From: a virus
Direction: 5' to 3' (one strand)
Length of the DNA stretch: 64,000 nucleotides
Virus record (IMG/VR): IMGVR_UViG_3300027747_002198
Span: 97,800 to 161,799 of that record
Position 1 is the stretch's first letter. Each line of letters starts with the position of its first letter. Positions 48,427-57,318 of this stretch are shown here, in pieces. The notes beneath the pieces are model-generated. The model was not told where the DNA came from. It saw only the letters and a list, made by a program, of their open reading frames with translations, and made no database searches. The position numbers and the translations under genes are program-made.

Positions 48427-48654
48427 ATGATGAATATCTATATTGGTAAATATTGGGTGCCATTCCCATCCTCCGAATACGGTGGTACTTGGAGTGTGAT
48501 TGCTGAGAATGAGGAACAATGCGTGGAACTACTTAAAGGTGGTGCATGGGATGACCGATACGAAGATGAGATTGCTGGTGTGGTCGCTGATTCCAAGCGC
48601 TTTGGATTGACTGGTGACCCAGCACCAATGGTCGTGGACACCTTCTATACCTGA
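48427..48654 (+). CDS. hypothetical protein
   Basis: YWVPFPSSEYGG motif; AGGA RBS. Confidence 0.65.
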   Translation: MMNIYIGKYWVPFPSSEYGGTWSVIAENEEQCVELLKGGAWDDRYEDEIAGVVADSKRFGLTGDPAPMVVDTFYT

Positions 48655-48657
48655 TGG

Positions 48658-48718
48658 TGTTGTACCGATACAACAGTCGCAATATATTTCTTGACTTACC
48701 TAGTGGTACCTGTATAAT
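48658..48718 (+). promoter_or_regulatory. palindrome plus sigma70-type promoter
   Basis: TGTTG-N8-CAACA at 48658-48675; TTGACT-N16-TATAAT. Confidence 0.75.
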
Positions 48719-48741
48719 GGTTGTTTTAATTGTGAGAAATT

Positions 48742-49605
48742 ATGTCCGATATTAAATTCGTAAATGGAAAATATACCGCCGTGATTAACGGCAAAACCGT
48801 GAAGCGTACCAAGATTGAACACTTGCAATATGAATTGCGTAAAGCAGGAACCAAAGTTACTGGCGCAGTGATGGAATCCAAATTTACAATTAACCAGCGT
48901 TTTGGTTTTCTTGCAGATATGGTTACAATGTTGGCGAAGAAAGACCAAGCATCCGTTGTAGTAACAGGACCTGGTGGTTTAGGCAAATCACATACTGTTA
49001 CCACTACATTGGCCAATTCTGGTTTGATGGATGTTACTGGTTTGGATATTGGTGATGATGTGCCTGCCAATTCGTATCGTGTAGTTAAAGGTTATTCAAC
49101 AGCAAAAGGTTTATACAGAACCTTGTATGAAAATCGTAATAGTATTGTTGTATTTGATGATTGTGATTCAGTATTAAAAGATGCAACATCATTGAATATT
49201 TTAAAAGCTGCACTTGATTCATATTCACGCCGTATTATTTCTTATAATGCGGACATTCGTGATGCAGATTTACCTAATGCGTTTGAGTTTACTGGTGGCG
49301 TAGTATTCATTTCTAATATGAATGGCACCACACTAGACCAAGCCATTATTACTCGCAGTTTGGCAGTTGATTTGAGTATGACCTTAGAGCAAAAGATTGA
49401 GCGTATGAAACATTTATTAACGCAAAAAGATTTTATGCCTGAGTATGATTTGGTTAGTAAGAATGATGCTATGAGTTTAATTAGTAAGTTGAAAGATTCT
49501 GTTAAAGAGTTATCATTGCGGACATTGATTCAAGTTACCAAAATTCGTAAATCAAATCCTAATGGTAAATGGAAAGAATTGGCAGAGTACGCCATCGTTG
49601 GTTAA
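48742..49605 (+). CDS. AAA+ ATPase
   Basis: GPGGLGKS Walker A; VVFDDCD Walker B; LNILKAALDS; FISN. Confidence 0.85.
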   Translation: MSDIKFVNGKYTAVINGKTVKRTKIEHLQYELRKAGTKVTGAVMESKFTINQRFGFLADMVTMLAKKDQASVVVTGPGGLGKSHTVTTTLANSGLMDVTGLDIGDDVPANSYRVVKGYSTAKGLYRTLYENRNSIVVFDDCDSVLKDATSLNILKAALDSYSRRIISYNADIRDADLPNAFEFTGGVVFISNMNGTTLDQAIITRSLAVDLSMTLEQKIERMKHLLTQKDFMPEYDLVSKNDAMSLISKLKDSVKELSLRTLIQVTKIRKSNPNGKWKELAEYAIVG

Positions 49606-49634
49606 TTTAATAATGTATATTGTGAAAGGTAATT

Positions 49635-50798
49635 ATGAATAAAAATGCTAAGGCTTTTGTTGAAGCCGCTGAAGAAATTTTTGGTGCTGGTTCTGTATTG
49701 AACAGAGAAGATATTGCACGAGTTGTAAAAGAATCTGGTTGTAATTACCCCTACTGGTTTACAACCAAACAAGAATACCGCAACGGTATTCGTGGTGAAT
49801 ATCTATTACCTAACATTGGTACTAAGCCTAAGGCGAAGGTCTCCAAAGTTGTCCAAGAAGAACCAGAAGCGGTTGCTGCCTATGCTCAGGTGTTGCAGTT
49901 GAAACAACCTAAAATGATTGACACTAGCGATTCTGCCGTGCCAACCAAATTCCCTGATTATGTTCCTTTTGGCTTTTATAAAGATTTGAAAGGTATTATC
50001 AATTCATCCGATTTCTATCCTGTATTCATTACTGGTTTATCAGGCAACGGCAAAACCTTGATGGTCGAGCAAATTTGTGCCGAATTGAATCGTGAATGTT
50101 TGCGTGTGAATATTTCCATCGAAACTGATGAAACTGATTTGCTTGGCGGCTTTGCTCTGATTGATGGCAACACCGTATTTCGTGATGGCCCCGTGATTCA
50201 AGCAATGAAGAAAGGCGCTGTTCTATTGATTGACGAAGTTGACCGTGGTTCTAATAAGTTAATGTGCTTGCAAGGCATTCTCGAAGGCAAACCATATTAC
50301 AACAAAAAGAATGGCGAGAACATTTATCCTGTTTCAGGTTTTACTATCATCGCTACTGCTAATACCAAAGGTCGTGGTAGTGAAGAAGGTAAATATCTTT
50401 CACAGATTCTTGACGATGCCTTCCTCGAGCGGTTCCCTATTACTGTTGAACAGGAATATCCTGATGCAAAAACAGAGCGTAAGATTTTATCACCATTGAT
50501 TAGTGATAAAGAGTTTGTGGAAAACTTATGCAAGTGGGCAGATGTGGTTCGCCAATCGTATGAGCAAGGCGCTACTGATGAGATTATTTCCACTCGCCGT
50601 TTGGTACACATTGCTAAGGCGTTTAACATTTTCGGTGACCGTATGAAGGCGATTGAATTGTGTGTGAATCGTTTTGATACCGAAACTAAATTGGCATTCC
50701 TTGATTTGTATTCCAAGGTCGATGCTTCGGTAGAATCACCTGCTAATACAGCAATCAATTCTACCACTTCAGAGGTTGCCAACCAACCTCAAGTGTAG
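49635..50798 (+). CDS. cobS: CobS/MoxR-type AAA+ ATPase
   Basis: GLSGNGKT, ETDETDLLGG, LLIDEVD, ATANTKGRG, AFLERF, ISTRRLVHI. Confidence 0.9.
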   Translation: MNKNAKAFVEAAEEIFGAGSVLNREDIARVVKESGCNYPYWFTTKQEYRNGIRGEYLLPNIGTKPKAKVSKVVQEEPEAVAAYAQVLQLKQPKMIDTSDSAVPTKFPDYVPFGFYKDLKGIINSSDFYPVFITGLSGNGKTLMVEQICAELNRECLRVNISIETDETDLLGGFALIDGNTVFRDGPVIQAMKKGAVLLIDEVDRGSNKLMCLQGILEGKPYYNKKNGENIYPVSGFTIIATANTKGRGSEEGKYLSQILDDAFLERFPITVEQEYPDAKTERKILSPLISDKEFVENLCKWADVVRQSYEQGATDEIISTRRLVHIAKAFNIFGDRMKAIELCVNRFDTETKLAFLDLYSKVDASVESPANTAINSTTSEVANQPQV

Positions 50799-50804
50799 TA
50801 TAAT
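50776..50804 (+). promoter_or_regulatory. sigma70-type promoter
   Basis: TTGCCA-N17-TATAAT. Confidence 0.55.
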
Positions 50805-50859
50805 GGTTGATGTAGTTGTATTATATTTTATTATGTTTAATTTGAAAGAGAGTAAAAAA

Positions 50860-51207
50860 ATGGCTTTAACAGTTCGCAAAGGCAAAATCAATCGCCACGA
50901 AAAAATCACTCAAGTATTATTGAGTGGTAAACCAGTATCACCTGACGAGATTGCTGCCGTATTCAAAGGTACTGACCAAGAGTCCGTATTGTATCGTTTA
51001 TCAACCAACATTTACAATATTCGTAAAGATGGCGGTATTGTAAAAGTTATCAAAGATGGTCGTAAAGTAACTGGTTATCAGTTGGTTAACTTCACCGAGT
51101 TTAATGCTAATGGCCGTTATGTTGGCAAGCAAGTAAGTTCTCCAAGCGGTGTTGCAAAGCAAACTTCTGACGAATCATTTACCGAATCTCAAAAAGTTTC
51201 TGCTTGA
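50860..51207 (+). CDS. winged-HTH DNA-binding protein
   Basis: KITQVLLSGKPVSPDEI..YRLSTNIYNIRKDGGIVKVIKDGRKVTGYQL. Confidence 0.6.
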   Translation: MALTVRKGKINRHEKITQVLLSGKPVSPDEIAAVFKGTDQESVLYRLSTNIYNIRKDGGIVKVIKDGRKVTGYQLVNFTEFNANGRYVGKQVSSPSGVAKQTSDESFTESQKVSA

Positions 51208-51218
51208 TATGTATGTTA

Positions 51219-51251
51219 CCTAGGCGGGAGTATACCGTCTAGGACTTTTTT
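51219..51251 (+). terminator. intrinsic terminator
   Basis: CCTAGGCGG-N7-CCGTCTAGG followed by ACTTTTTT. Confidence 0.75.
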
Positions 51252-51259
51252 GGAACAAT

Positions 51260-51457
51260 ATGAAAATCTATACCGTTAATTTAAATGGTCGACCGGTCAA
51301 ACAATTTACCGACCAAAATGAGGCAGGTTTATTCATGAAGAATTTGCAAATTGACCAATACGAGAAGGCCAAAATGCTTGACTATATAGATGCCGCTGTG
51401 TTATTATCCGATATGAAAGATTCTAAAGAAGTATTAAAACACATTATGGAAAAATAA
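51260..51457 (+). CDS. hypothetical protein
   Basis: Packed ORF. Confidence 0.55.
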   Translation: MKIYTVNLNGRPVKQFTDQNEAGLFMKNLQIDQYEKAKMLDYIDAAVLLSDMKDSKEVLKHIMEK

Positions 51458-51470
51458 TATCAAGGTGTTC

Positions 51471-52292
51471 ATGAAGAAAATATTGGTTACTGGTTCAGAA
51501 GGTTACATTGGTTTACACCTTTGCGACTTTCTACATTCTCTTGGTTATGATGTGTATAGATTAGATATTAAAGGCCAACCAGATTTTAAAATTAATATCA
51601 GTAATCAATTTGCAATGCCGAGGGCAACACAAAGATTAAAATTTGATGCCGTGATTCACCTTGCAGCTCTTGTGCGAGTGAATGAATCTGTTGAGAAACC
51701 ATCGTTATATTATGATACTAATGTGAATGGTACTATCAATGCTTTGCATGGTTTTGATTATGATAATTTCATATTTGCTTCAACAGGCACGGCATCAAAC
51801 CCAATTAATCCTTATGCACTATCAAAACGATGTGCAGAAGATATTGTGGCGGAATATTGTAATGAACATGAGAAACAATTTACCATGTTCCGTTTTTACA
51901 ATGTGACTGGTACTGGTGGTGCACCGGCCACCAATCCTGATGGTTTGTTTTACAATTTGATCAAGGCAAAGAATGAAGGCACTTTTAGTTTATTTGGTAC
52001 TGATTATGATACTCCAGATGGCACTGCTATTCGGGATTATATTCATGTGATTGAAGTTTGTTATGCAATTCAAAAAGCAATTAATGTACCATCATTTAGA
52101 ATTGAGAATTTAGGTACAGGTGTTGGTCATACTGTTAAAGAAATGATTGAACAGTTTAAAAAGTCCAATAATTGTGATTTTGTTGTAAATGAAATGCCTC
52201 GTAGAGAAGGTGATTTAGAAAGATTGGTGTTGGATAATCCATCCAGTTATTATACAAAAATGTATTCTTTTGATAGGTTGATGAAATTATGA
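51471..52292 (+). CDS. GalE-like NAD-dependent epimerase
   Basis: TGSEGYIG, IHLAALVRVNES, YALSK, FGTDYDTPDGTAIRDYIHV, RREGD. Confidence 0.88.
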   Translation: MKKILVTGSEGYIGLHLCDFLHSLGYDVYRLDIKGQPDFKINISNQFAMPRATQRLKFDAVIHLAALVRVNESVEKPSLYYDTNVNGTINALHGFDYDNFIFASTGTASNPINPYALSKRCAEDIVAEYCNEHEKQFTMFRFYNVTGTGGAPATNPDGLFYNLIKAKNEGTFSLFGTDYDTPDGTAIRDYIHVIEVCYAIQKAINVPSFRIENLGTGVGHTVKEMIEQFKKSNNCDFVVNEMPRREGDLERLVLDNPSSYYTKMYSFDRLMKL

Positions 52293-52597
52293 GCGATAGA
52301 TTTGATTTTGAACAACAGATTTTAAAATGTTGGAATGTAACCGATGATTTGCGTGAAGTATCCGAATACTTTTTAGATCACCACGATTCTAATTTTAATA
52401 AAGATAAAGTAGCAAATACATTGACTGGTTATGCCGAAATGTATGATATGAAATTTAATAAGTTGTGGAATATATTTGAAGATGTGCATATGAATTTAGT
52501 TCGTGAGAATAAAATGTTGAATGAAGAATGTGCTGCATTGCGTGAGCAATTAGGCCACAGCGAGAATGCAGTTGAACGAATTGTAAAGGATTGGTAA
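52289..52597 (+). CDS. hypothetical protein
   Basis: DRFDFEQQILKCWNVTDD motif. Confidence 0.65.
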   Translation: MSDRFDFEQQILKCWNVTDDLREVSEYFLDHHDSNFNKDKVANTLTGYAEMYDMKFNKLWNIFEDVHMNLVRENKMLNEECAALREQLGHSENAVERIVKDW

Positions 52598-52598
52598 T

Positions 52599-53027
52599 AT
52601 GGAACCGAGATTGATTGCACAGAGAATTCAAACACCTGACGGCACCATTTTGCATTCAAAACATAGGCACGATTTTGTAAGCCATGTTGATGCTAATGGT
52701 GAAACTTATTTCGTTGATGGTGGTTTTGAATACAGGCGTGGTACCGTTAATAAAGTACCTGCTAAAGATATGTGTGTTTATACTGATGATGACCACCAAA
52801 AGATTCGTGAGGCATTTTGCTGGGGCACCAGAGGTAAAGATGGCAGGCAACCTGTAGAATATAAGCCATTGCAAACACTAAGTACCGAACATATTGAAGC
52901 AATTATTGAAACGCAACATCATATACCAGATTTTGTTCGCAAAATATTCTTAGATGAAATTGAATATCGAAATGGTATGGATGAGAATACACAAAAATGG
53001 TACATGGAAAATCCTGATAGAGGTTGA
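52599..53027 (+). CDS. conserved phage hypothetical protein
   Basis: SKHRHDF..VDGGFEYRR..WGTRGKDG. Confidence 0.7.
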   Translation: MEPRLIAQRIQTPDGTILHSKHRHDFVSHVDANGETYFVDGGFEYRRGTVNKVPAKDMCVYTDDDHQKIREAFCWGTRGKDGRQPVEYKPLQTLSTEHIEAIIETQHHIPDFVRKIFLDEIEYRNGMDENTQKWYMENPDRG

Positions 53028-53196
53028 TTATGATTGAATTATTTTGTGCAGTTATTATTGGTACTATATTTGGTTACTTTTTTAAAAAAGATAACCCAAC
53101 ACTTAATGTGGAATTATATAATCAGGTTGAGAAGTTAAAAGAAGAAGTTGCTTATTATAAAGATTTGTGTAAATGGCACGCTGACAGGAATAAAAA

Positions 53197-53826
53197 ATGA
53201 AAGTATATTTAAGTAATTATCGTAATCATTGGTTATCACCTTATGTTATTCTCAAAAAGGTTTGCTTTTGGGAAAAAGATGAGGACCATATTTACAACCT
53301 CAAAGAAGAACCGAATAATCCATATGAAAAGTGGGTTAACTTTTTAAATCCAATTTGTGTTGGTGTTCAAAAGATTCTGGATGTAATTCATCCAAGATTT
53401 AACTATGTGAAGATTGACCGATGGGATACTTGGTCAATGGATCATACATTGGCTCATATTATTCATCCAATGTTGGTACAGTTAAATAAAACTAAGCATG
53501 GCGCCCCATATACTGACGATGAAGATGTGCCAGAAGAATTAAGAAGCACTAATGCTGAACCAAAAGAGAATGAATGGGATACTGATTCGAATCATTTTAA
53601 ACGATGGGAATATATTCTTAATGAAATGATTTGGTCATTTGAACAAGAACTTAAAGATGATGATGAAGGACAATTTTTTGACCATTCAGAAAATAATGGT
53701 AAATCACCGTGGGATAAAGACTTTGTTAGTCCTAAACTTGACCGTGATGGTTTAGAAGCACATCAAAAACGAAAGGCGAATGGTTTTAGATTATTTGGTC
53801 GTTACTATCAGAACCTATGGGATTAA
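53197..53826 (+). CDS. conserved T4-like phage protein
   Basis: IDRWDTWSMDHTLAHII..KHGAP..RWEYILNEMIWSF..GFRLFGRYYQNLWD. Confidence 0.75.
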   Translation: MKVYLSNYRNHWLSPYVILKKVCFWEKDEDHIYNLKEEPNNPYEKWVNFLNPICVGVQKILDVIHPRFNYVKIDRWDTWSMDHTLAHIIHPMLVQLNKTKHGAPYTDDEDVPEELRSTNAEPKENEWDTDSNHFKRWEYILNEMIWSFEQELKDDDEGQFFDHSENNGKSPWDKDFVSPKLDRDGLEAHQKRKANGFRLFGRYYQNLWD

Positions 53827-53827
53827 A

Positions 53828-54064
53828 ATGATACCATATTATTATTTGTGGCAGGCTAAGAAGTCATTAGAAGGTGCCAAAAAAACGATTGAGTTAATGG
53901 GTGATTCTTCCAATTATATGTTAGAGGCACAAAAAGATATGCTTGAATTGGAAGTGGATCATTTCCGTGAGAAGTCTGCCAAATTTACCATTTTTCTATT
54001 GACTTTGGTAGTATTTTGTGTTAGCCTGTATTATCTTTATCTAAAAGGAATTTTTAATGTTTAA
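53828..54064 (+). CDS. small membrane protein
   Basis: C-terminal TM. Confidence 0.55.
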   Translation: MIPYYYLWQAKKSLEGAKKTIELMGDSSNYMLEAQKDMLELEVDHFREKSAKFTIFLLTLVVFCVSLYYLYLKGIFNV

Positions 54065-54299
54065 AGTTTTGAGTGAGTTTTTGAAGAAACATTTTGTTAT
54101 TATTATTGGTTGCCTTGTGCTTTGTGCTTTTGCATACAACAGTTACAAAGATTTTACCAATCCACCAGAGTTAAGAGAGTTTAAAGGTTCGATTCAAAAT
54201 CATTTAATTTGGTCAATCAAAGGCGAATGTTATTTTGTCCGACCACATAATGGCAGTACCGTTTATCTCATCAGAGTAGAGGATTGCGACAAGAAATGA
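54057..54299 (+). CDS. small membrane protein
   Basis: N-terminal TM; AAGGA RBS. Confidence 0.6.
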   Translation: MFKVLSEFLKKHFVIIIGCLVLCAFAYNSYKDFTNPPELREFKGSIQNHLIWSIKGECYFVRPHNGSTVYLIRVEDCDKK

Positions 54300-54472
54300 A
54301 AACCAACAAGGATTTTAACCTAAGTAAAGAAGCCAAACGAAGGCTTGCTACAATGTCTGGAGAAAAAAGGTTATTGTGGAAAAAATCATTTATTGAAGCA
54401 CAAGTTGCTGAAAAAATGGCCAAGTTAGCAAAATTGAAAGAACGACCAAAAACCAACCAAGGAGAAGAATGA
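54296..54472 (+). CDS. hypothetical protein
   Basis: ATGA overlap; basic. Confidence 0.55.
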   Translation: MKTNKDFNLSKEAKRRLATMSGEKRLLWKKSFIEAQVAEKMAKLAKLKERPKTNQGEE

Positions 54473-54807
54473 TGGCGTATTTTATTGAAGTGAATGATAT
54501 TGACAAAGGATGTCCTGTTATTATTAATATGGATGCTGTAATGGAAATTGCACCAATTACTGCTCCAGCAGGATGCGAAATCACATTCTTAGAAAGTGAT
54601 GATTGTGATGCATTGCGCCGTGAAAAAATTAATTCGGCTGCAGCTGTTAAAGGTCGCCGTGTGATGCGTGTATCAAATAGTTACACCGAGTTTAAGCAAT
54701 TTGTTATTCAAAAAGTTTCATCTGAAGATATTGCTCGAATCAATGGTCGTACCAAAGACGTTGTGAAAGAGAAACCAGTTACGAACCTTGATATCCCCAA
54801 GTTATAA
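54469..54807 (+). CDS. hypothetical protein
   Basis: AAGGAG RBS. Confidence 0.65.
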   Translation: MMAYFIEVNDIDKGCPVIINMDAVMEIAPITAPAGCEITFLESDDCDALRREKINSAAAVKGRRVMRVSNSYTEFKQFVIQKVSSEDIARINGRTKDVVKEKPVTNLDIPKL

Positions 54808-54851
54808 GTCTGATAAATAAGAGTATAATTCAATACTCTTAGGGTTTCCCC

Positions 54852-56171
54852 ATGCTTATTCTAGTAATCGATCCATCAGCTCTTAATTTAGACTTTTGCT
54901 TGCGATGCATACACTTTGGTCATACCGTAAAATGGTATACCAAAGGTTCTCGTTCTAGCCATATTGGCAAAGACCTTGTTGATAAAGTCGATAACTGGAA
55001 AAAGTATATGGATGTGGCTGACCTCATCTTCTCCGCAGACAACTTAGAATTTATGTCGGAGATTGATGAGTATATGAAGAAAGGCTATCCAATCTTTGGA
55101 CCTGGAAAACGTGCGGCCAAACTTGAATTAGACCGTATGTATGGTCAAAAAGTCATTGAGGAGTTTGGTGGAAAAACCATTCCATCACACGAATTCAAAA
55201 ACTTTGATGCTGCTATTCAGTTCGTCAAAGACAATCCAAAGCGTTATGTGTGCAAACCTTGTGGTGAGGAAGAAGATAAAACCTTATCATATGTTGCTAA
55301 AGATGAAGCCGATTTGATTGGTTTTCTCAATAAGCGTAAAGAAAAGGGTGGCGCACCACATTTCATTCTCCAAGAATTCAAAAAAGGTTACGAAGCTGCC
55401 GTTACTGGTATCTTTGGACCAGGCGGTTGGATGCCTTTCTGGTGTGAAGGTGTAGAGCATAAGAAACTCATGGATAACGACCTAGGACCCAATACAGGCG
55501 AAATGGGAACGGTTATCCGCTATGTTAAAGAGTCTAAGTTGGCTGATATGTTGATGAAGCCAATGGAAGAAACCCTACACAAGATTGGTTATTGTGGTAT
55601 TCTTGACATGAATGTTATTATCGATGAAAAAGATGGCACACCATGGCCAATGGAATGGACTGCCAGACCGGGTTATCCAATGTGGAACATTATGATGTCA
55701 TTACACAAGAATGAAGATCCTGCCGAATGGATGCTTGATTGTGTTAAAGGCGAAAACACATTAGAGGTCGAGTTTAAAACTTCTGTTGGTGTTGTGATGG
55801 CAAATGCCGATTTTCCATGGAACAAAAAAGATGATGAAGAATATTTGGACTTTGCTATATTCATGGATGAAGTTACCGAAAAAGAATTAGATAATGTTCA
55901 TCCTGCTGAAATAAAATTGACACATACTTGCAAGATGATGGATGATAAATTAGTTGAAGATTGTCCTGAGTGGGGTACAGCAGGTTCGTATATTCTTATT
56001 TGTACCGGTGTTGGTGATAATGTTACCGAAGCCAAAGATAAAGCTTACGATTTGGTAAAGAAAATTAAACTTGGTAACGATGTTGCTTGGCGTACCGATA
56101 TTGGTAAGAATATGGAAAAAACTCTACCAAAAATTCAAAAATATGGCTTTTATAAAGGCTGGAAGTATTGA
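54852..56171 (+). CDS. PurD-like ATP-grasp ligase
   Basis: IFGPGKRAAKLELDR, VCKP, ILQEFKKGYE, EHKKLMDNDLGPNTGEMG, EWTARPGYP, WRTDIG; GATAAATA at 54812. Confidence 0.8.
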   Translation: MLILVIDPSALNLDFCLRCIHFGHTVKWYTKGSRSSHIGKDLVDKVDNWKKYMDVADLIFSADNLEFMSEIDEYMKKGYPIFGPGKRAAKLELDRMYGQKVIEEFGGKTIPSHEFKNFDAAIQFVKDNPKRYVCKPCGEEEDKTLSYVAKDEADLIGFLNKRKEKGGAPHFILQEFKKGYEAAVTGIFGPGGWMPFWCEGVEHKKLMDNDLGPNTGEMGTVIRYVKESKLADMLMKPMEETLHKIGYCGILDMNVIIDEKDGTPWPMEWTARPGYPMWNIMMSLHKNEDPAEWMLDCVKGENTLEVEFKTSVGVVMANADFPWNKKDDEEYLDFAIFMDEVTEKELDNVHPAEIKLTHTCKMMDDKLVEDCPEWGTAGSYILICTGVGDNVTEAKDKAYDLVKKIKLGNDVAWRTDIGKNMEKTLPKIQKYGFYKGWKY

Positions 56172-56196
56172 CATTTAACTTTGATTGTGTTATAAT
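56168..56196 (+). promoter_or_regulatory. consensus sigma70 promoter
   Basis: TTGACA-N17-TATAAT. Confidence 0.75.
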
Positions 56197-56202
56197 TACA
56201 TT

Positions 56203-56811
56203 ATGAATATATTTTACCTCGATAAAAATCCCCAAAAGTGTGCACAGATGCACGTTGATAAACATTGCGTGAAGATGATACTCGAATATGCTCAACTTCT
56301 TTCTACTGCTCATCGTTTGCTTGATGGTACACCAACTGTTGGCCTCAGCAAAGCAGGTCGCAAACAAACTCGATATGTTTTATCTGATAGTCGTGACAGC
56401 ATTTTATATTCTGCTACTCATAATAATCATCCTTCTGCTGTGTGGTGCCGAGCATCATCTGCAAACTATATGTGGCTAGCTGAACTGTTAGAAGAATGTT
56501 GCAAAGAATATACCTATCGTTATGGTAAAATTCATAAAGTAGAATCTAGCGGATTAATGCAAGCACTCAAAAATAATTTTCCAAAAAATATTCCTAATAA
56601 ACCATTTACAGGTCCTACGCCTGCCATGCCAGACGAATGTAAAGTTCCTGGTGACCCATTAAAATCGTATCATAATTATTATTCCATGAACAAGCAGCAC
56701 CTCTGGTCATGGAAAGGTAAGATAAATAGTAGAAATAGACCACAATGGTTAAATGAAATGCTAATGCAAAAGTTACATGACACTAACCAAGAACTAGGAT
56801 TGATTTATTAA
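56203..56811 (+). CDS. pyrimidine-dimer glycosylase/DenV-like family protein
   Basis: MNIFYLD..DKHCVKMILEYAQLLSTAHR..THNNHPSAVW..EYTYRYGKIH..PAMP. Confidence 0.75.
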   Translation: MNIFYLDKNPQKCAQMHVDKHCVKMILEYAQLLSTAHRLLDGTPTVGLSKAGRKQTRYVLSDSRDSILYSATHNNHPSAVWCRASSANYMWLAELLEECCKEYTYRYGKIHKVESSGLMQALKNNFPKNIPNKPFTGPTPAMPDECKVPGDPLKSYHNYYSMNKQHLWSWKGKINSRNRPQWLNEMLMQKLHDTNQELGLIY

Positions 56812-57089
56812 TGCCATCATATGATTTTCTAAACAAAGAAACTGGTGAACGAGAAGAACACCGTATGTCCTACACCGCCTTAGACCAATTCAAGGTCGAT
56901 AACCCACACCTAGAACTACATATATTTGCCGAGAACCTTCCTATCATGGGTGATGGTGTTCGTATGTCAGTTCCAGGTATTGGACAACCTCATGCTGCAT
57001 TTGAATCTGGAGTTATTCAACGAATGCAAGAAACAATTCCAGGTAATACTATGAAAGGTCATAAGACCAAACGACCGAGAGAGTGGTAA
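56811..57089 (+). CDS. FmdB-like regulatory protein
   Basis: MPSYDFLNKETGE N-terminus. Confidence 0.6.
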   Translation: MPSYDFLNKETGEREEHRMSYTALDQFKVDNPHLELHIFAENLPIMGDGVRMSVPGIGQPHAAFESGVIQRMQETIPGNTMKGHKTKRPREW

Positions 57090-57109
57090 AATAACAAAGG
57101 AGATAATAA

Positions 57110-57280
57110 TTGTCAAACAAACGTATGCAATCAAAACAACAAAGATTATATTACGAACAAAATAATAAAGAAAAGGTTAGACAAGAATTAGAAGAATTTG
57201 TGAAACAAGAACGAGAAGTAGAACGAAAATCAGCAATAATCTCAACATTTGATCCACATAGGAATTCGTATTATAATTGA
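57110..57280 (+). CDS. small hypothetical protein (not in ORF track)
   Basis: AAGGAG RBS; TTG start; 56 aa. Confidence 0.5.
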   Translation: MSNKRMQSKQQRLYYEQNNKEKVRQELEEFVKQEREVERKSAIISTFDPHRNSYYN

Positions 57281-57288
57281 GATAAATA
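57281..57288 (+). promoter_or_regulatory. late promoter-like GATAAATA
   Basis: Intergenic, 30 nt upstream of the adhesin-like gene. Confidence 0.6.
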
Positions 57289-57318
57289 GTATTATTAACC
57301 ATTTCAAGAATAATACAA

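Noticed and set aside
31640-48675. GTTG...CAAC palindromes as CRISPR repeats
   Set aside because: They are dispersed, 18 bp long with variable centres, and have no regular spacers. The Cas4-like gene is the usual T4-like exonuclease, and no other cas genes are present.
49635-50798. cobS as evidence of cobalamin synthesis
   Set aside because: There is no cobN or other cob gene. Phage CobS-like proteins are MoxR-type chaperones.
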